Assembly: GCA_964600165.1 (NCBI GenBank)
Contig: CAZRIP010000006.1
Location: 1 to 37,536 of the forward strand
Direction of reading: 5' to 3'
DNA length: 37,536 nucleotides
Origin: an uncultured Elusimicrobia bacterium
GTDB lineage: Bacteria; Elusimicrobiota; Elusimicrobia; UBA1565; UBA9628
The notes under the pieces are model-generated. The model saw only the letters and a list, made by a program, of their open reading frames with translations. It was not told where the DNA came from and ran no database searches. Below, piece by piece: positions 25,098 through 33,569 of the stretch; positions within the stretch are counted from its first letter, which is position 1; each line of letters starts with the position of its first letter. Made by a program: the position numbers and the translations under genes.

Positions 25098-25991
25098 ATG
25101 AGGCGCTCGCGCGCGATCGCGCTGATGTTCGCCCTCGCCGCCGTCGGCGCCGCCGGCGCCGTGACTTGGCGCGCCCTGCGCGCGCGCGCGCCGTCTTCGC
25201 CGGAGGTTCCCGAGCTCGCCATGCCCGCGCCCCCGCCGATGAGCGAGGGCGCCGAGCCGAGCTCGCTCGGCATGGTGCGCCGCGGCGACGAAGAAAAGCC
25301 CCGCGTCCCCGCCCCCGCGCTCAAGCCGGCGCCCAAGCCCGCGCCGGCGCCCGCGCCGCCCGAGCCCGAGCTCGAGGCCGCGGCGCCGCCGGCCGCCCGG
25401 CCGCCGGAACAGAAAAGCAAGGCGGCCCCCCACCTGACGCCGCTACCAAGCTGGCACCACTTGCTCGGCGCCGACGAGGACGAGAACGGCCAGCCGATCG
25501 TCCATTACCTTCTGAAAACCGCGCCCGAGCCGGCTCCGGCGCCTCCGCCGACGGCGCCGCCCCCGAAGCCGACGGCGCCGCCCCCCGCCGCCGTCGAGCA
25601 AGCGGCGGCGCCCCCACCTCCTTTAAAACGCGGCTACCGCCCGCCGCCGCCGCCCGCCAACCCGGTGGAGACGGGCCCGACGACGCAAGTCTCGCCCGCC
25701 GCGCCGCCGCCGGACCAGAGCGTCGAATACCCGGTACCTAAGACGACGCCGGCGGTCGCGCAGACCGTCGAGGTGTCCTTCGTCACGCGCGGACCGGCCG
25801 ACACGCCCCCGCCGCCCGATCCGGCCGCGCCCGCGCCCAACGCCACGGGCTCGGCCTGCCTCAAGGCCGGCGCTTGGAAGAATTCTTGGACCGGGGTCTG
25901 CTACGACACGCGCGCCGGCTGCCAGCAGGCGCAGCCCAAAGGCGCCTGCGCGCAGCCGCCGGGCGTCGCCGGACGCGCCGCGCCGCAGTAA
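25098..25991 (+). CDS. Proline-rich anchored or secreted protein with a C-terminal 4-Cys module
   Basis: N-terminal hydrophobic anchor, long PAPKPAP/PPP repeats, and a C-terminal CLKAGAWKNSWTGVCYDTRAGCQQAQPKGAC. Confidence 0.6.
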   Translation: MRRSRAIALMFALAAVGAAGAVTWRALRARAPSSPEVPELAMPAPPPMSEGAEPSSLGMVRRGDEEKPRVPAPALKPAPKPAPAPAPPEPELEAAAPPAARPPEQKSKAAPHLTPLPSWHHLLGADEDENGQPIVHYLLKTAPEPAPAPPPTAPPPKPTAPPPAAVEQAAAPPPPLKRGYRPPPPPANPVETGPTTQVSPAAPPPDQSVEYPVPKTTPAVAQTVEVSFVTRGPADTPPPPDPAAPAPNATGSACLKAGAWKNSWTGVCYDTRAGCQQAQPKGACAQPPGVAGRAAPQ

Positions 25992-26005
25992 GCTAGAATC
26001 CCCGC

Positions 26006-26665
26006 GTGATCCCTCTGCGCGACAACGTCCCGCGCAGGACTTTCCCCGCGATGACCTTCGGCCTCGTGGCCGCCAACGCCTGGGTGTTTTTCCAGGAGCT
26101 CGCTCTCGGCCGCAAGCTCGACCGCTTCATCATGACGTGGGGCCTGATCCCCAAGCGCTACGCCGCCTCCGGGATGCTCGCCAAGCTCGGCGCGAAAGCC
26201 TACCTTGGGCCGTTTCTCACGTCGATGTTCCTGCACGGCGGCTGGCTTCACATCCTCTCGAACATATGGGTGCTCGTGATCTTCGGCGACAACGTCGAGG
26301 ACCGCCTCGGCCACGTCCGCTACCTGCTTTTTTATCTCGCCGCCGGCGTCGTCGCCGGCTTGAGCCAGGTCTGGGCCAGCTGGGGCTCGCCGGTGCCGAC
26401 GATCGGAGCCTCGGGCGCGATCGCGGGCGTCATGGGCGCTTTCTTCGTGCTCTATCCGCGGGCGCGCGTCGTGATGCTGGTGCCGATCTTCATATTTCTC
26501 GAAACCATTGAACTTCCCGCATATCTGTTCCTCGGGTTGTGGCTTTGGATGCAGGTCTACTCCGGAAGCCACGCGTTCGGCGGCGCGGGCGGCGTCGCCT
26601 GGTGGGCGCACGTCGGCGGCTTCGCCGGCGGGATTGTGCTGCTCGGACTTTTCTCGCTGCTTTAA
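26006..26665 (+). CDS. Rhomboid family intramembrane serine protease
   Basis: GASGAIAGVMGA holds the catalytic Ser and AHVGGFAGG the catalytic His; about 6 TM segments. GTG start 14 nt after the upstream stop. Confidence 0.85.
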   Translation: MIPLRDNVPRRTFPAMTFGLVAANAWVFFQELALGRKLDRFIMTWGLIPKRYAASGMLAKLGAKAYLGPFLTSMFLHGGWLHILSNIWVLVIFGDNVEDRLGHVRYLLFYLAAGVVAGLSQVWASWGSPVPTIGASGAIAGVMGAFFVLYPRARVVMLVPIFIFLETIELPAYLFLGLWLWMQVYSGSHAFGGAGGVAWWAHVGGFAGGIVLLGLFSLL

Positions 26666-26791
26666 ACCCGACCTAGGGCCTAGAAAACGGTAGTCCCATT
26701 GCCGAGCCGTCATTGGCCCGGAGGACCCGCGGGAAACAGGCCGCGCTCGCGCTACAATGGCCTCTCAGTCAATGCCCGGAGGTCAGTCCCG

Positions 26792-28696
26792 ATGAAGATG
26801 TTCCGCTCTCTTTTCGCTTCGCTGCTCGCGTTCGCGCTCGTCCACCTTTCCGTCGCCCCGGCCGTCGCGGCGACCTTCGAGACCCTCAAGCCGGTCGAAA
26901 TTTCCGCTCAACTCCCGGTCGTCGCGCCTATTTTGCCCGCGACGCCGATGGGGCCGGGCGATCTGTCCCTGATGGCTCCGGGCCTTCCGGCCGGCGCCAA
27001 CGTCGCCGAGACGATCGGCGCGATGCAGGCCGCGCAGGCCCAAGCCGCCCAGCCCGCGCAAGCCGCGACTCCCGCGGCCATGGCGACGCTCAACGTCGTC
27101 ACCGGTCAGCTCGCCAAGGCGCCGCAGGGCGACGCCGTCGCCGCCGACGCCGTCCTCAGCCGCGCTATAGAAGGAAGCAAGACCGGCACGACGTTTTCGG
27201 CGGAGCCGGTCATCGGCCGCGACGTGGGCGCGCAAGCATTCGCCTCGGGCCTCGTCCTCGCCGACAAGGCGCAGCAGCCGCAGAGCGCCCCCTCCGTGTC
27301 GCGCCGCGATTTCCGCGACAACGAGCGCGGCAGCACGACGGTCGTCGTCTCGATCATCCTCGGCGTCGTCGCCGCGGTCGCCATCACGATCGGCGTGATC
27401 TGGCACAACGCGCAGAAAAAGAACGACGAGTGGCAGAACTCCAAGAGCAACCAAGAGATCGTCCTCGTCGAGCGCGCCCGCCGCGCCAACGACGCGGAGA
27501 CGCTCTACAAGATCGGCCAGGACGCCCGCACGCGCCAGGCCCGCATGAACGAGCGCATCGCCGACGCGAAGTCCGCCGGCAGCAAGAAGGTGGACGACAA
27601 GACCGGCGACGACCTCGGCCAGGCGAAATTCTACGCCGCCGCGGACGGCCTCGTCGGCGCGCGCGCCGAGATGAACCACGATCAGGTCTCCCAGGACCCG
27701 GCCAAGCGCATCGGCGAAGTGCCCGCCCCGGCTTGGAAGCAGCGCCTCGCGGACGAGAACGCCAAGGCCAAGACGTCGGAGTTCGAGGGCGACCTCGCCG
27801 TCGCGCTGCAAGGCCTCAAGGCCCAGCTCGGCCGCGTCGACGCCAAGGACCAGGGTCTCAAGGGCGACATCGACAACTTCCACAAGGAAGTCCCGGGCTC
27901 CTTCAAGGGTCGCATGGGCGAGATGGAGAACAAGGCGCGCGCCGACCTCAACGAGTTCGAGTCGACCGACGTCCAGCCCGAGCACGCGCTTTACGATCAG
28001 CTCAACGGCGAGATGCGCGGCCGAGTGTCCGCCAAGCTCGCGGCCGGCAGCGCCGAGTACCAGGGCCACCTCGCCCATCTTCAGCGCCTCTCGGACGCCG
28101 ACGAGCAGCTCAAGCCCGCCCTCGAGATCGCCGTCCAGATCGACAAGGATCTCAAGGACATGGCGTCCCACGAGCACAACCGCCAGTTCAACCTGCTGCT
28201 CGCCTCGCAGAACGAGAACGTCGAAGTCGACGACTACGACAACCAGGGCCGCAAGACCGGAAGCCACTACGAGGACCACAGCGGGACCTACAAGGCCCTC
28301 GCGGCCTCTGAAGGCGCCGAGGCGCGCGCGTCGGCCGCGAGCGCGCAGGGCGGCGTCAAGGCCCTGCACGCGATCCTGCCCTTGCTGCGCAACAATAAGA
28401 CGCTCAAGGACGAGGGTTTGGCGTCCTTGATCCCGCAGGACCCGCGCAACGTCGCGCAGAACGGCAGCGTGTTCTTCGACTTCTGGATCCCGGCCAGCTG
28501 GAACTTGTTCGGCTCGCTTTTCACCGAGTCGCAAGCGGGCCAGGCCCAGGCCGCCTTCGCGCCGATCCTGGCGCAGCTGCAAGGCGCCCAGCAGCTCGTC
28601 GGCGAGCGCCAAAACGGCGAGAACGGCTGGGTCAACGGCGCGATCGACCAGGACCTCAAGGCTCAGGTCGAGAAGGCCAAGGCGCGCGGCAAGTAA
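26792..28696 (+). CDS. Hypothetical single-pass membrane protein (634 aa) with a long charged, coiled-coil-like C-terminal region
   Basis: ATG at 26792 with a GGAGG 10 nt upstream. Signal peptide MKMFRSLFASLLAFALVHLSVAPAVAA and one TM (VVVSIILGVVAAVAITIGVIW). No recognised family. Confidence 0.65.
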   Translation: MKMFRSLFASLLAFALVHLSVAPAVAATFETLKPVEISAQLPVVAPILPATPMGPGDLSLMAPGLPAGANVAETIGAMQAAQAQAAQPAQAATPAAMATLNVVTGQLAKAPQGDAVAADAVLSRAIEGSKTGTTFSAEPVIGRDVGAQAFASGLVLADKAQQPQSAPSVSRRDFRDNERGSTTVVVSIILGVVAAVAITIGVIWHNAQKKNDEWQNSKSNQEIVLVERARRANDAETLYKIGQDARTRQARMNERIADAKSAGSKKVDDKTGDDLGQAKFYAAADGLVGARAEMNHDQVSQDPAKRIGEVPAPAWKQRLADENAKAKTSEFEGDLAVALQGLKAQLGRVDAKDQGLKGDIDNFHKEVPGSFKGRMGEMENKARADLNEFESTDVQPEHALYDQLNGEMRGRVSAKLAAGSAEYQGHLAHLQRLSDADEQLKPALEIAVQIDKDLKDMASHEHNRQFNLLLASQNENVEVDDYDNQGRKTGSHYEDHSGTYKALAASEGAEARASAASAQGGVKALHAILPLLRNNKTLKDEGLASLIPQDPRNVAQNGSVFFDFWIPASWNLFGSLFTESQAGQAQAAFAPILAQLQGAQQLVGERQNGENGWVNGAIDQDLKAQVEKAKARGK

Positions 28697-28720
28697 CGCT
28701 TCGCATCACGTACGGCACCG

Positions 28721-28746
28721 CCCCTGTGCATTTCAGTGCACAGGGG
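28721..28746. terminator. Bidirectional stem-loop between convergent genes (10-bp GC-rich stem CCCCTGTGCA / TGCACAGGGG, 6-nt loop)
   Basis: cccctgtgcatttcagtgcacagggg, followed on the plus strand by cattgctttgcctct. Confidence 0.6.
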
Positions 28747-28759
28747 CATTGCTTTGCCT

Positions 28760-29392
28760 CTAAGGACCGAACAGCGCGGCGACGTCGGGATAGCCCTTCT
28801 TGAGCGCGAGGCTCTTGGCCGTCTCTCCGTCTCGCGTGCTCGCCCCCGCCGACGCGCCGGCGGCGAGCAGCATGCGGACGGTATCGGCATGCCCGCGCTG
28901 AGCCGCCAGGATGAGCGGCGTGTCTCCCTGCGAGTCTCGCCCGTTGGACGAGGCGCCGCCGCGCATCAGGGCCTCGCAGACCTCCGTGCGGCCTTGAAGG
29001 GCGGCCCACATCAGAGGCGTCCAGCCGATCTCGTCGCGCTGCGAGACCGGCGCGCCGCCTGAGATCAGCTCGCGCACGACCTCGACGCGATTCCAGCGGG
29101 CGGCGAGGGTCAAGGGCGGCTGCCCCTTGCGGCGGGTCACGGCCGCCACGTCGGCGCCGGCCCCGAGCAAGGTCCTGACCGCGCCCGCGTGGCCGAAGGC
29201 CGCGGCGTGCATGAGCGGGGTCCAGCCGTCATCGTCGCGGGCGTTGACGTCGGCGCCGGCGGCGATGAGCCGCGAGATCCCTTCGGCGTCGCTGTCGGCC
29301 GCGGCGCGCTCGAGCTTCTGGTTGGGCGTGAGATCCGGTCCGCAGGACGCGGCGAGCGCGGCGCAAGCGAGCGCGAGGACGAGCCTCTTCAT
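28760..29392 (-). CDS. Ankyrin-repeat lipoprotein
   Basis: Lipobox LAASCG after a signal peptide and about 5 ankyrin repeats (GWTPLMHAAAFGHAGAVRTLLGAGADV...). ATG at 29392 is preferred over the track TTG at 29401 because of a leaderless-type promoter. Confidence 0.8.
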   Translation of the reverse strand: MKRLVLALACAALAASCGPDLTPNQKLERAAADSDAEGISRLIAAGADVNARDDDGWTPLMHAAAFGHAGAVRTLLGAGADVAAVTRRKGQPPLTLAARWNRVEVVRELISGGAPVSQRDEIGWTPLMWAALQGRTEVCEALMRGGASSNGRDSQGDTPLILAAQRGHADTVRMLLAAGASAGASTRDGETAKSLALKKGYPDVAALFGP

Positions 29393-29399
29393 CCTCCCC

Positions 29400-29427
29400 A
29401 ATATAACGGCCTGCGGGGATTTTTCAA
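29400..29427 (-). promoter_or_regulatory. Promoter of the ankyrin lipoprotein gene (-35 TTGAAA, 16 nt, -10 TATATT, 7 nt, ATG)
   Basis: Minus strand TTGAAAaatccccgcaggccgtTATATTggggaggATG. Confidence 0.45.
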
Positions 29428-29438
29428 GACGACTTTGG

Positions 29439-29867
29439 TTACGGGCGGGGCTTGCGCTGCATCAGCTTCTCGGGGTCGGTCACCTCGGTGAAGCCGAACT
29501 GGCGGTAGAGGCCGTGCGCGTCGGTCGTGCGCAGGAACCAAGACTTGACCGTCTCGAGCCGAGGCGAGGCCATCACGCGCTCGACGAGCCATTTCCCGAG
29601 GCCCTTGCCGCGGCAGGACTCGTCGACGATGACGTCGCAGAGATAAGCGTAGGTCGTGTAATCGGTGACGACGCGCGCGAAGCCGACCAGCTCGGCGCCG
29701 CGATAGAGCCCGAAGCAGAACGAGTGCTTGAGGCTCTTGGCGACCACGGGCTTGCTCCGCTCGGCGGCCCAGTACGACGCCGAAAGCAGGCGATGGATCG
29801 CGTCGACGTCGAGTCGCGCGGGGTCGGTGCTGACGCGGTAGGGCCCGCGCCGGCTCTCCTCGATCAC
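29439..29867 (-). CDS. GNAT family N-acetyltransferase
   Basis: C-terminal part of track ORF 29439..30893. Contains HSFCFGLY, the acetyl-CoA motif RGKGLGKWLV, and YRQFGF. Proposed GTG start overlaps the upstream stop in a GTGA overlap. Confidence 0.7.
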   Translation of the reverse strand: MIEESRRGPYRVSTDPARLDVDAIHRLLSASYWAAERSKPVVAKSLKHSFCFGLYRGAELVGFARVVTDYTTYAYLCDVIVDESCRGKGLGKWLVERVMASPRLETVKSWFLRTTDAHGLYRQFGFTEVTDPEKLMQRKPRP

Positions 29868-31360
29868 GGCCGCGTCCCCGCGAACATCGCGGGAGCCTCG
29901 AAGAAGCTTTTGATCAGAGGCTCGAGCGAGGCCGCGTCGGGCCCCGAGAAGACGTACAGGTAGGCCTTGTCCGAACGCTTGATGCCGTAGACGAAAGGCT
30001 TGCCCTTGAGAGCCAACTCCTTGAGCTTGGCCAGATCGCCGGGCTCGACGATCCCTCGCCAGCTTTCGAGATCGGCCACATCGTCGAGCTTGAGGAAGAG
30101 CGCGCCGCTCAAGCCGGAATAGGTCTCGAGCTGGCGCCGCGGCGAATCGCCGAACGAGTAGCCCCAAACGGAGTTCGAATGCGCGAGCTCCTGAAAGCGG
30201 TCCTTGGCTGCATTCATGCCGAGCCCGAAGACGAGCGCGCAAGAGCGGAACCAGACCCGGGGCGAGGACAACCGAGGTCCGAGGCCCGCAGAAACGGCGC
30301 GCAGATATTCTTCGACGAAGGAAGCGTCGGTGAGACGCGTGCCGCGCGACAACGCCTCGTCCACGGGGTCGACCAAGGCCTTGGCCGCGTCGTTGACCTC
30401 GCTCTCGGCGTATAGGGTGTCTTTGCCTTCGAAGTAGCGCTTGAAGTCGGCCGGCGGCATCACCAGCCGAGAGACCAGGCCCTGTCCCAACGCCGTGGCC
30501 AGCGCCTCGTTGAGCAGGCCATAGGCCGCCAGAGAATAGGGCTCGGCCGCGGCGGCGAATGCGTTGATGAGCTTCCTGCGCTCGCCCGTCCCCGCCGATT
30601 CGTAGAAGTAATGGAAGAGCTCGTGCGAGACGACGTCGATGCGGTGCTCCATGTCCTCGCCGGGGACGATCTCTACGACGGAGTGGTCCTCGATCTGCTC
30701 GCCGCTGGAGTGGCCGTTGCCCCGAGACGGCTGGGCCACGATGTCGAATTCCACCGTGGTGCCGTTGGGGTAGGAGTAGCCGTAGAACTTGGCGACCTTG
30801 GAGTAGAGCTCGGCGAGGCCGCGCTTCTCGATCAAGGCCATGAGCTTCTCGGCGGCGTCCTCGGCGCTCGCCCGGCCTTCCCGAGCCCACCAAGCGTCGA
30901 AGCGCTCGTGGAAGGGGCCGGCCGCCGCCAGCGTGGCGCGCGCATCCTCCTGGGACATGAGGAGGCCGAGGCTTCCCGCGAACTCATTCCAAGAGTCGGC
31001 TCGGTAGGCGGCGATGCGCAGCTTCTCGCGCACGTCGATCGACGCGCCGTTGAGGGGCAGGGCCACGGAGTCGCTCTCCTCGTCGAGATCCATCTGCTTG
31101 TCGTAGCGCGCGTGCAGGCGGCCCCAAGAGTCGAGCGCCGCGCGGTCGCGCGCGCTCAAGCCTTGCCGATCCCAAAACGCTCGGAAGTTCTCCTTGGCGC
31201 AAGAGCCGTTGCCGGAGAGGCAGTTGAGCTGATAGGCCAGATTGGCGGAGGGAGAGACGCGGAAGACGAGGACGAGGCCGTCCTTGGTCTGGAGGCGGCC
31301 GATCTCCTTGGCGCGGGCCGGCGCGACGGCAAGCAGCGCGGCGAGCGTCGCGGCGATCAC
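29864..31360 (-). CDS. Secreted putative zinc metallopeptidase (gluzincin-like HExxH ... NEALA); hypothetical
   Basis: Signal peptide MIAATLAALLAVAPARA. VVSHELFHYFYES, followed 34 aa later by LLNEALATALG. GTG start overlaps the ispDF stop in a GTGA overlap. Confidence 0.6.
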   Translation of the reverse strand: MIAATLAALLAVAPARAKEIGRLQTKDGLVLVFRVSPSANLAYQLNCLSGNGSCAKENFRAFWDRQGLSARDRAALDSWGRLHARYDKQMDLDEESDSVALPLNGASIDVREKLRIAAYRADSWNEFAGSLGLLMSQEDARATLAAAGPFHERFDAWWAREGRASAEDAAEKLMALIEKRGLAELYSKVAKFYGYSYPNGTTVEFDIVAQPSRGNGHSSGEQIEDHSVVEIVPGEDMEHRIDVVSHELFHYFYESAGTGERRKLINAFAAAAEPYSLAAYGLLNEALATALGQGLVSRLVMPPADFKRYFEGKDTLYAESEVNDAAKALVDPVDEALSRGTRLTDASFVEEYLRAVSAGLGPRLSSPRVWFRSCALVFGLGMNAAKDRFQELAHSNSVWGYSFGDSPRRQLETYSGLSGALFLKLDDVADLESWRGIVEPGDLAKLKELALKGKPFVYGIKRSDKAYLYVFSGPDAASLEPLIKSFFEAPAMFAGTRP

Positions 31361-32514
31361 GCCGGCAGAAGCAGTGTCGCCACGGCGTAGCAGGCGATGG
31401 CCTCGCCGCGGCCGATCGAGTCGACGCCTTCGTGGCTTTTCGCCTTGAGGTTGACGCGGGCCTCGCCGACGCCGAGGATGGATGAGAGCGACGCCCGGAA
31501 GGCCTCGTAGTGGGGCTTCATCTTCGGCTCCTCGGCGACGAGGGTCACGTCGACGTGCGAGAGCACGCCGCCCGCGGTGATGAGCTTAGCCATGACCGCC
31601 GCCATGATGTCTTTGCTCTGGATGTTCTTGATCTTCGGGTTGTCTGGCGGGAACATGATCCCGATCTCTCCCGCGCCCAAGGCGCCCAAGATCGCGTCGC
31701 CGACGGCGTGCAGCACGGCGTCGCCGTCCGAGTGGCCGAGCAAGCCCTTGTCGTGCTCGAGCTTGACCCCGGAAAGCCACAGCTCGCGGCCCGCGACGAG
31801 CCGGTGGATGTCGAAGCCGAAGCCGACGGCGGTCCGGCGCCGCCCGCCTTGGCGGTCCTCGATCAATGCCTCGGCCATCGTCAAATCCTCCGGCGTGGTG
31901 ATCTTGAAGTTCTCGTACGACGACGGCACGATCTTGACCTTGTGCCCCGATTTCTCGACGAGCTGGCTTTCGTCGGTCGCGTCCTTCTCGTCCGGGAACT
32001 TGGCCAGCGCTTCCTCGATGATCTCGCGGCGGTAACACTGCGGCGTTTGCGCGGCCCAGAACGACGAGCGCGCCGGCGTGCCCGAGATCCATAGCTGCTT
32101 GTTGGTGACCTTCTTGAGCGTGTCCTTGACCGGCACGGCCGGCAGGGCGGCTCCGGACTCGAACGCCTCCTCTATACACGCCTTGACGAGGCTCGTCGTC
32201 ACCAGCGGTCGCGCGCCGTCGTGGATCGCGACGACCTCGGCGTCCTCGGGCACGAGCTTGAAGCCGTTGCGCACGGAGCCCATGCGCGTCGGGCCGGACT
32301 CGGTCACGACGACGCGGTCGGACGAGAGCCGCGCGCCGTGCTCCTTGATGCTCTCGGGCGAGAGCACGAGCACGATCTTTTCAATCTCCTCGATATCGAG
32401 GAACGTCTTCAGGCTCCACTCGACGACGGTCTTCTCGGCCAGCGGCAGGAACTGCTTGGGCTGGCCCATGCGGCTGCCGCTGCCGCCCGCGACGATGATG
32501 GCCGCGGACTTCAC
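31357..32514 (-). CDS. ispDF: Bifunctional 2-C-methyl-D-erythritol 4-phosphate cytidylyltransferase / 2-C-methyl-D-erythritol 2,4-cyclodiphosphate synthase
   Basis: N-terminal IspD (IIVAGGSGSRMG) and C-terminal IspF (GFGFDIHRL...HSDGDAVLHA). Confidence 0.9.
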   Translation of the reverse strand: MKSAAIIVAGGSGSRMGQPKQFLPLAEKTVVEWSLKTFLDIEEIEKIVLVLSPESIKEHGARLSSDRVVVTESGPTRMGSVRNGFKLVPEDAEVVAIHDGARPLVTTSLVKACIEEAFESGAALPAVPVKDTLKKVTNKQLWISGTPARSSFWAAQTPQCYRREIIEEALAKFPDEKDATDESQLVEKSGHKVKIVPSSYENFKITTPEDLTMAEALIEDRQGGRRRTAVGFGFDIHRLVAGRELWLSGVKLEHDKGLLGHSDGDAVLHAVGDAILGALGAGEIGIMFPPDNPKIKNIQSKDIMAAVMAKLITAGGVLSHVDVTLVAEEPKMKPHYEAFRASLSSILGVGEARVNLKAKSHEGVDSIGRGEAIACYAVATLLLPA

Positions 32515-33497
32515 GCGATCGGATTGCGCGCCTTGGCGAAGATCATGCGGCCGGCGGAGGTCTGCAAGATCGAGGTCACGCCGACCTCCAGCCGCTTGCC
32601 GATGTGCTTCTTGCCGTCCTCGATGACGACCATCGTGCCGTCGTCGAGATAGCCCACGCCTTGCTCGCGCTCCTTGCCTTCCTTCATGACGAAGAGCTGC
32701 ATGGCCTCGCCGGGCAGCACGACGGGCTTGAGGGCCGTGCCGAGATCGTTGACGTTGAGGCAGACGACGCCCTCGAGCGAGGCGATTTTATTGAGGTTGA
32801 AATCCGTGGTAATCACCTTCGCGCCCATGTCGCGCGCCAGGCGCGCGACCTTGCCGTCGACGTCGGAGACCTCGACGATGTCCTTGTCGAGGATCTTGAC
32901 CGGAAGATCGGGGTTCTCCTGCAGCCGCGCCAGGATGTCGAGACCTCGGCGGCCGCGCGCGCGCTTGAGGGAGTCAGGCGAGTCGGCCAGCTGATGGAGC
33001 TCCTGCAGCACGAAGCGCGGCACGATCAGCGTGCCCGAAAGAAACTTCGTCTCGCAGATGTCGATCACGCGGCCGTCGATGATCGCCGAGGTGTCCAGGA
33101 TTTTCATGTCGGCGCCGCGCCGCTTGCCCATTTTGAGGATGTCCTTGTCGAGTTGGTCGATCTCGGGCAGCTTGCGGATGACGAGGATCAGGCCCAGCGC
33201 GCCGAAAGCGAAATACCGGAGGATCGCGTAGCGATCCCAGACCTGGTAAAGCGCGTCGTTGCCGACCTGGAATACGGCGTAGTCGATGACCTTGGCCACG
33301 AAGACGCCCCCGGCGGCGCCGAGCACGCCCGTGATCATCGTGAAGAGATTCACCTCGGCGGTAGCCATCTCGAAGCCGATGATGCCCAAGCCGACCACGA
33401 GGCCCAGGACGGCGCCTTTCATCGACCGCGTGATGTGGAAGTAGACGATGGCGGGACAACAGACGACGACGGCGGCGCGAAACAGCCAGATGCCCAT
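32511..33497 (-). CDS. PIN/TRAM domain membrane protein (YacL-like)
   Basis: N-terminal TM segments, a PIN-like core and a C-terminal TRAM domain. Located immediately downstream of radA, as in Firmicutes. Confidence 0.7.
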   Translation of the reverse strand: MGIWLFRAAVVVCCPAIVYFHITRSMKGAVLGLVVGLGIIGFEMATAEVNLFTMITGVLGAAGGVFVAKVIDYAVFQVGNDALYQVWDRYAILRYFAFGALGLILVIRKLPEIDQLDKDILKMGKRRGADMKILDTSAIIDGRVIDICETKFLSGTLIVPRFVLQELHQLADSPDSLKRARGRRGLDILARLQENPDLPVKILDKDIVEVSDVDGKVARLARDMGAKVITTDFNLNKIASLEGVVCLNVNDLGTALKPVVLPGEAMQLFVMKEGKEREQGVGYLDDGTMVVIEDGKKHIGKRLEVGVTSILQTSAGRMIFAKARNPIA

Positions 33498-33569
33498 GGA
33501 CGGCTCCTCGTCCCGGTAATTTTATGAAAGGAGATCCCGGGACCTTGTTTTACGGATTATGCGTCTATC

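Noticed and set aside
26713-28612. ORFs 26713..28311 (+) and 26783..28612 (-)
   Set aside because: Alternate frames of the 634-aa membrane-protein gene, with Arg-rich translations.
29868-30893. Upstream part of track ORF 29439..30893
   Set aside because: Out-of-frame overlap with the secreted HExxH gene. GNAT homology begins only near 29867.
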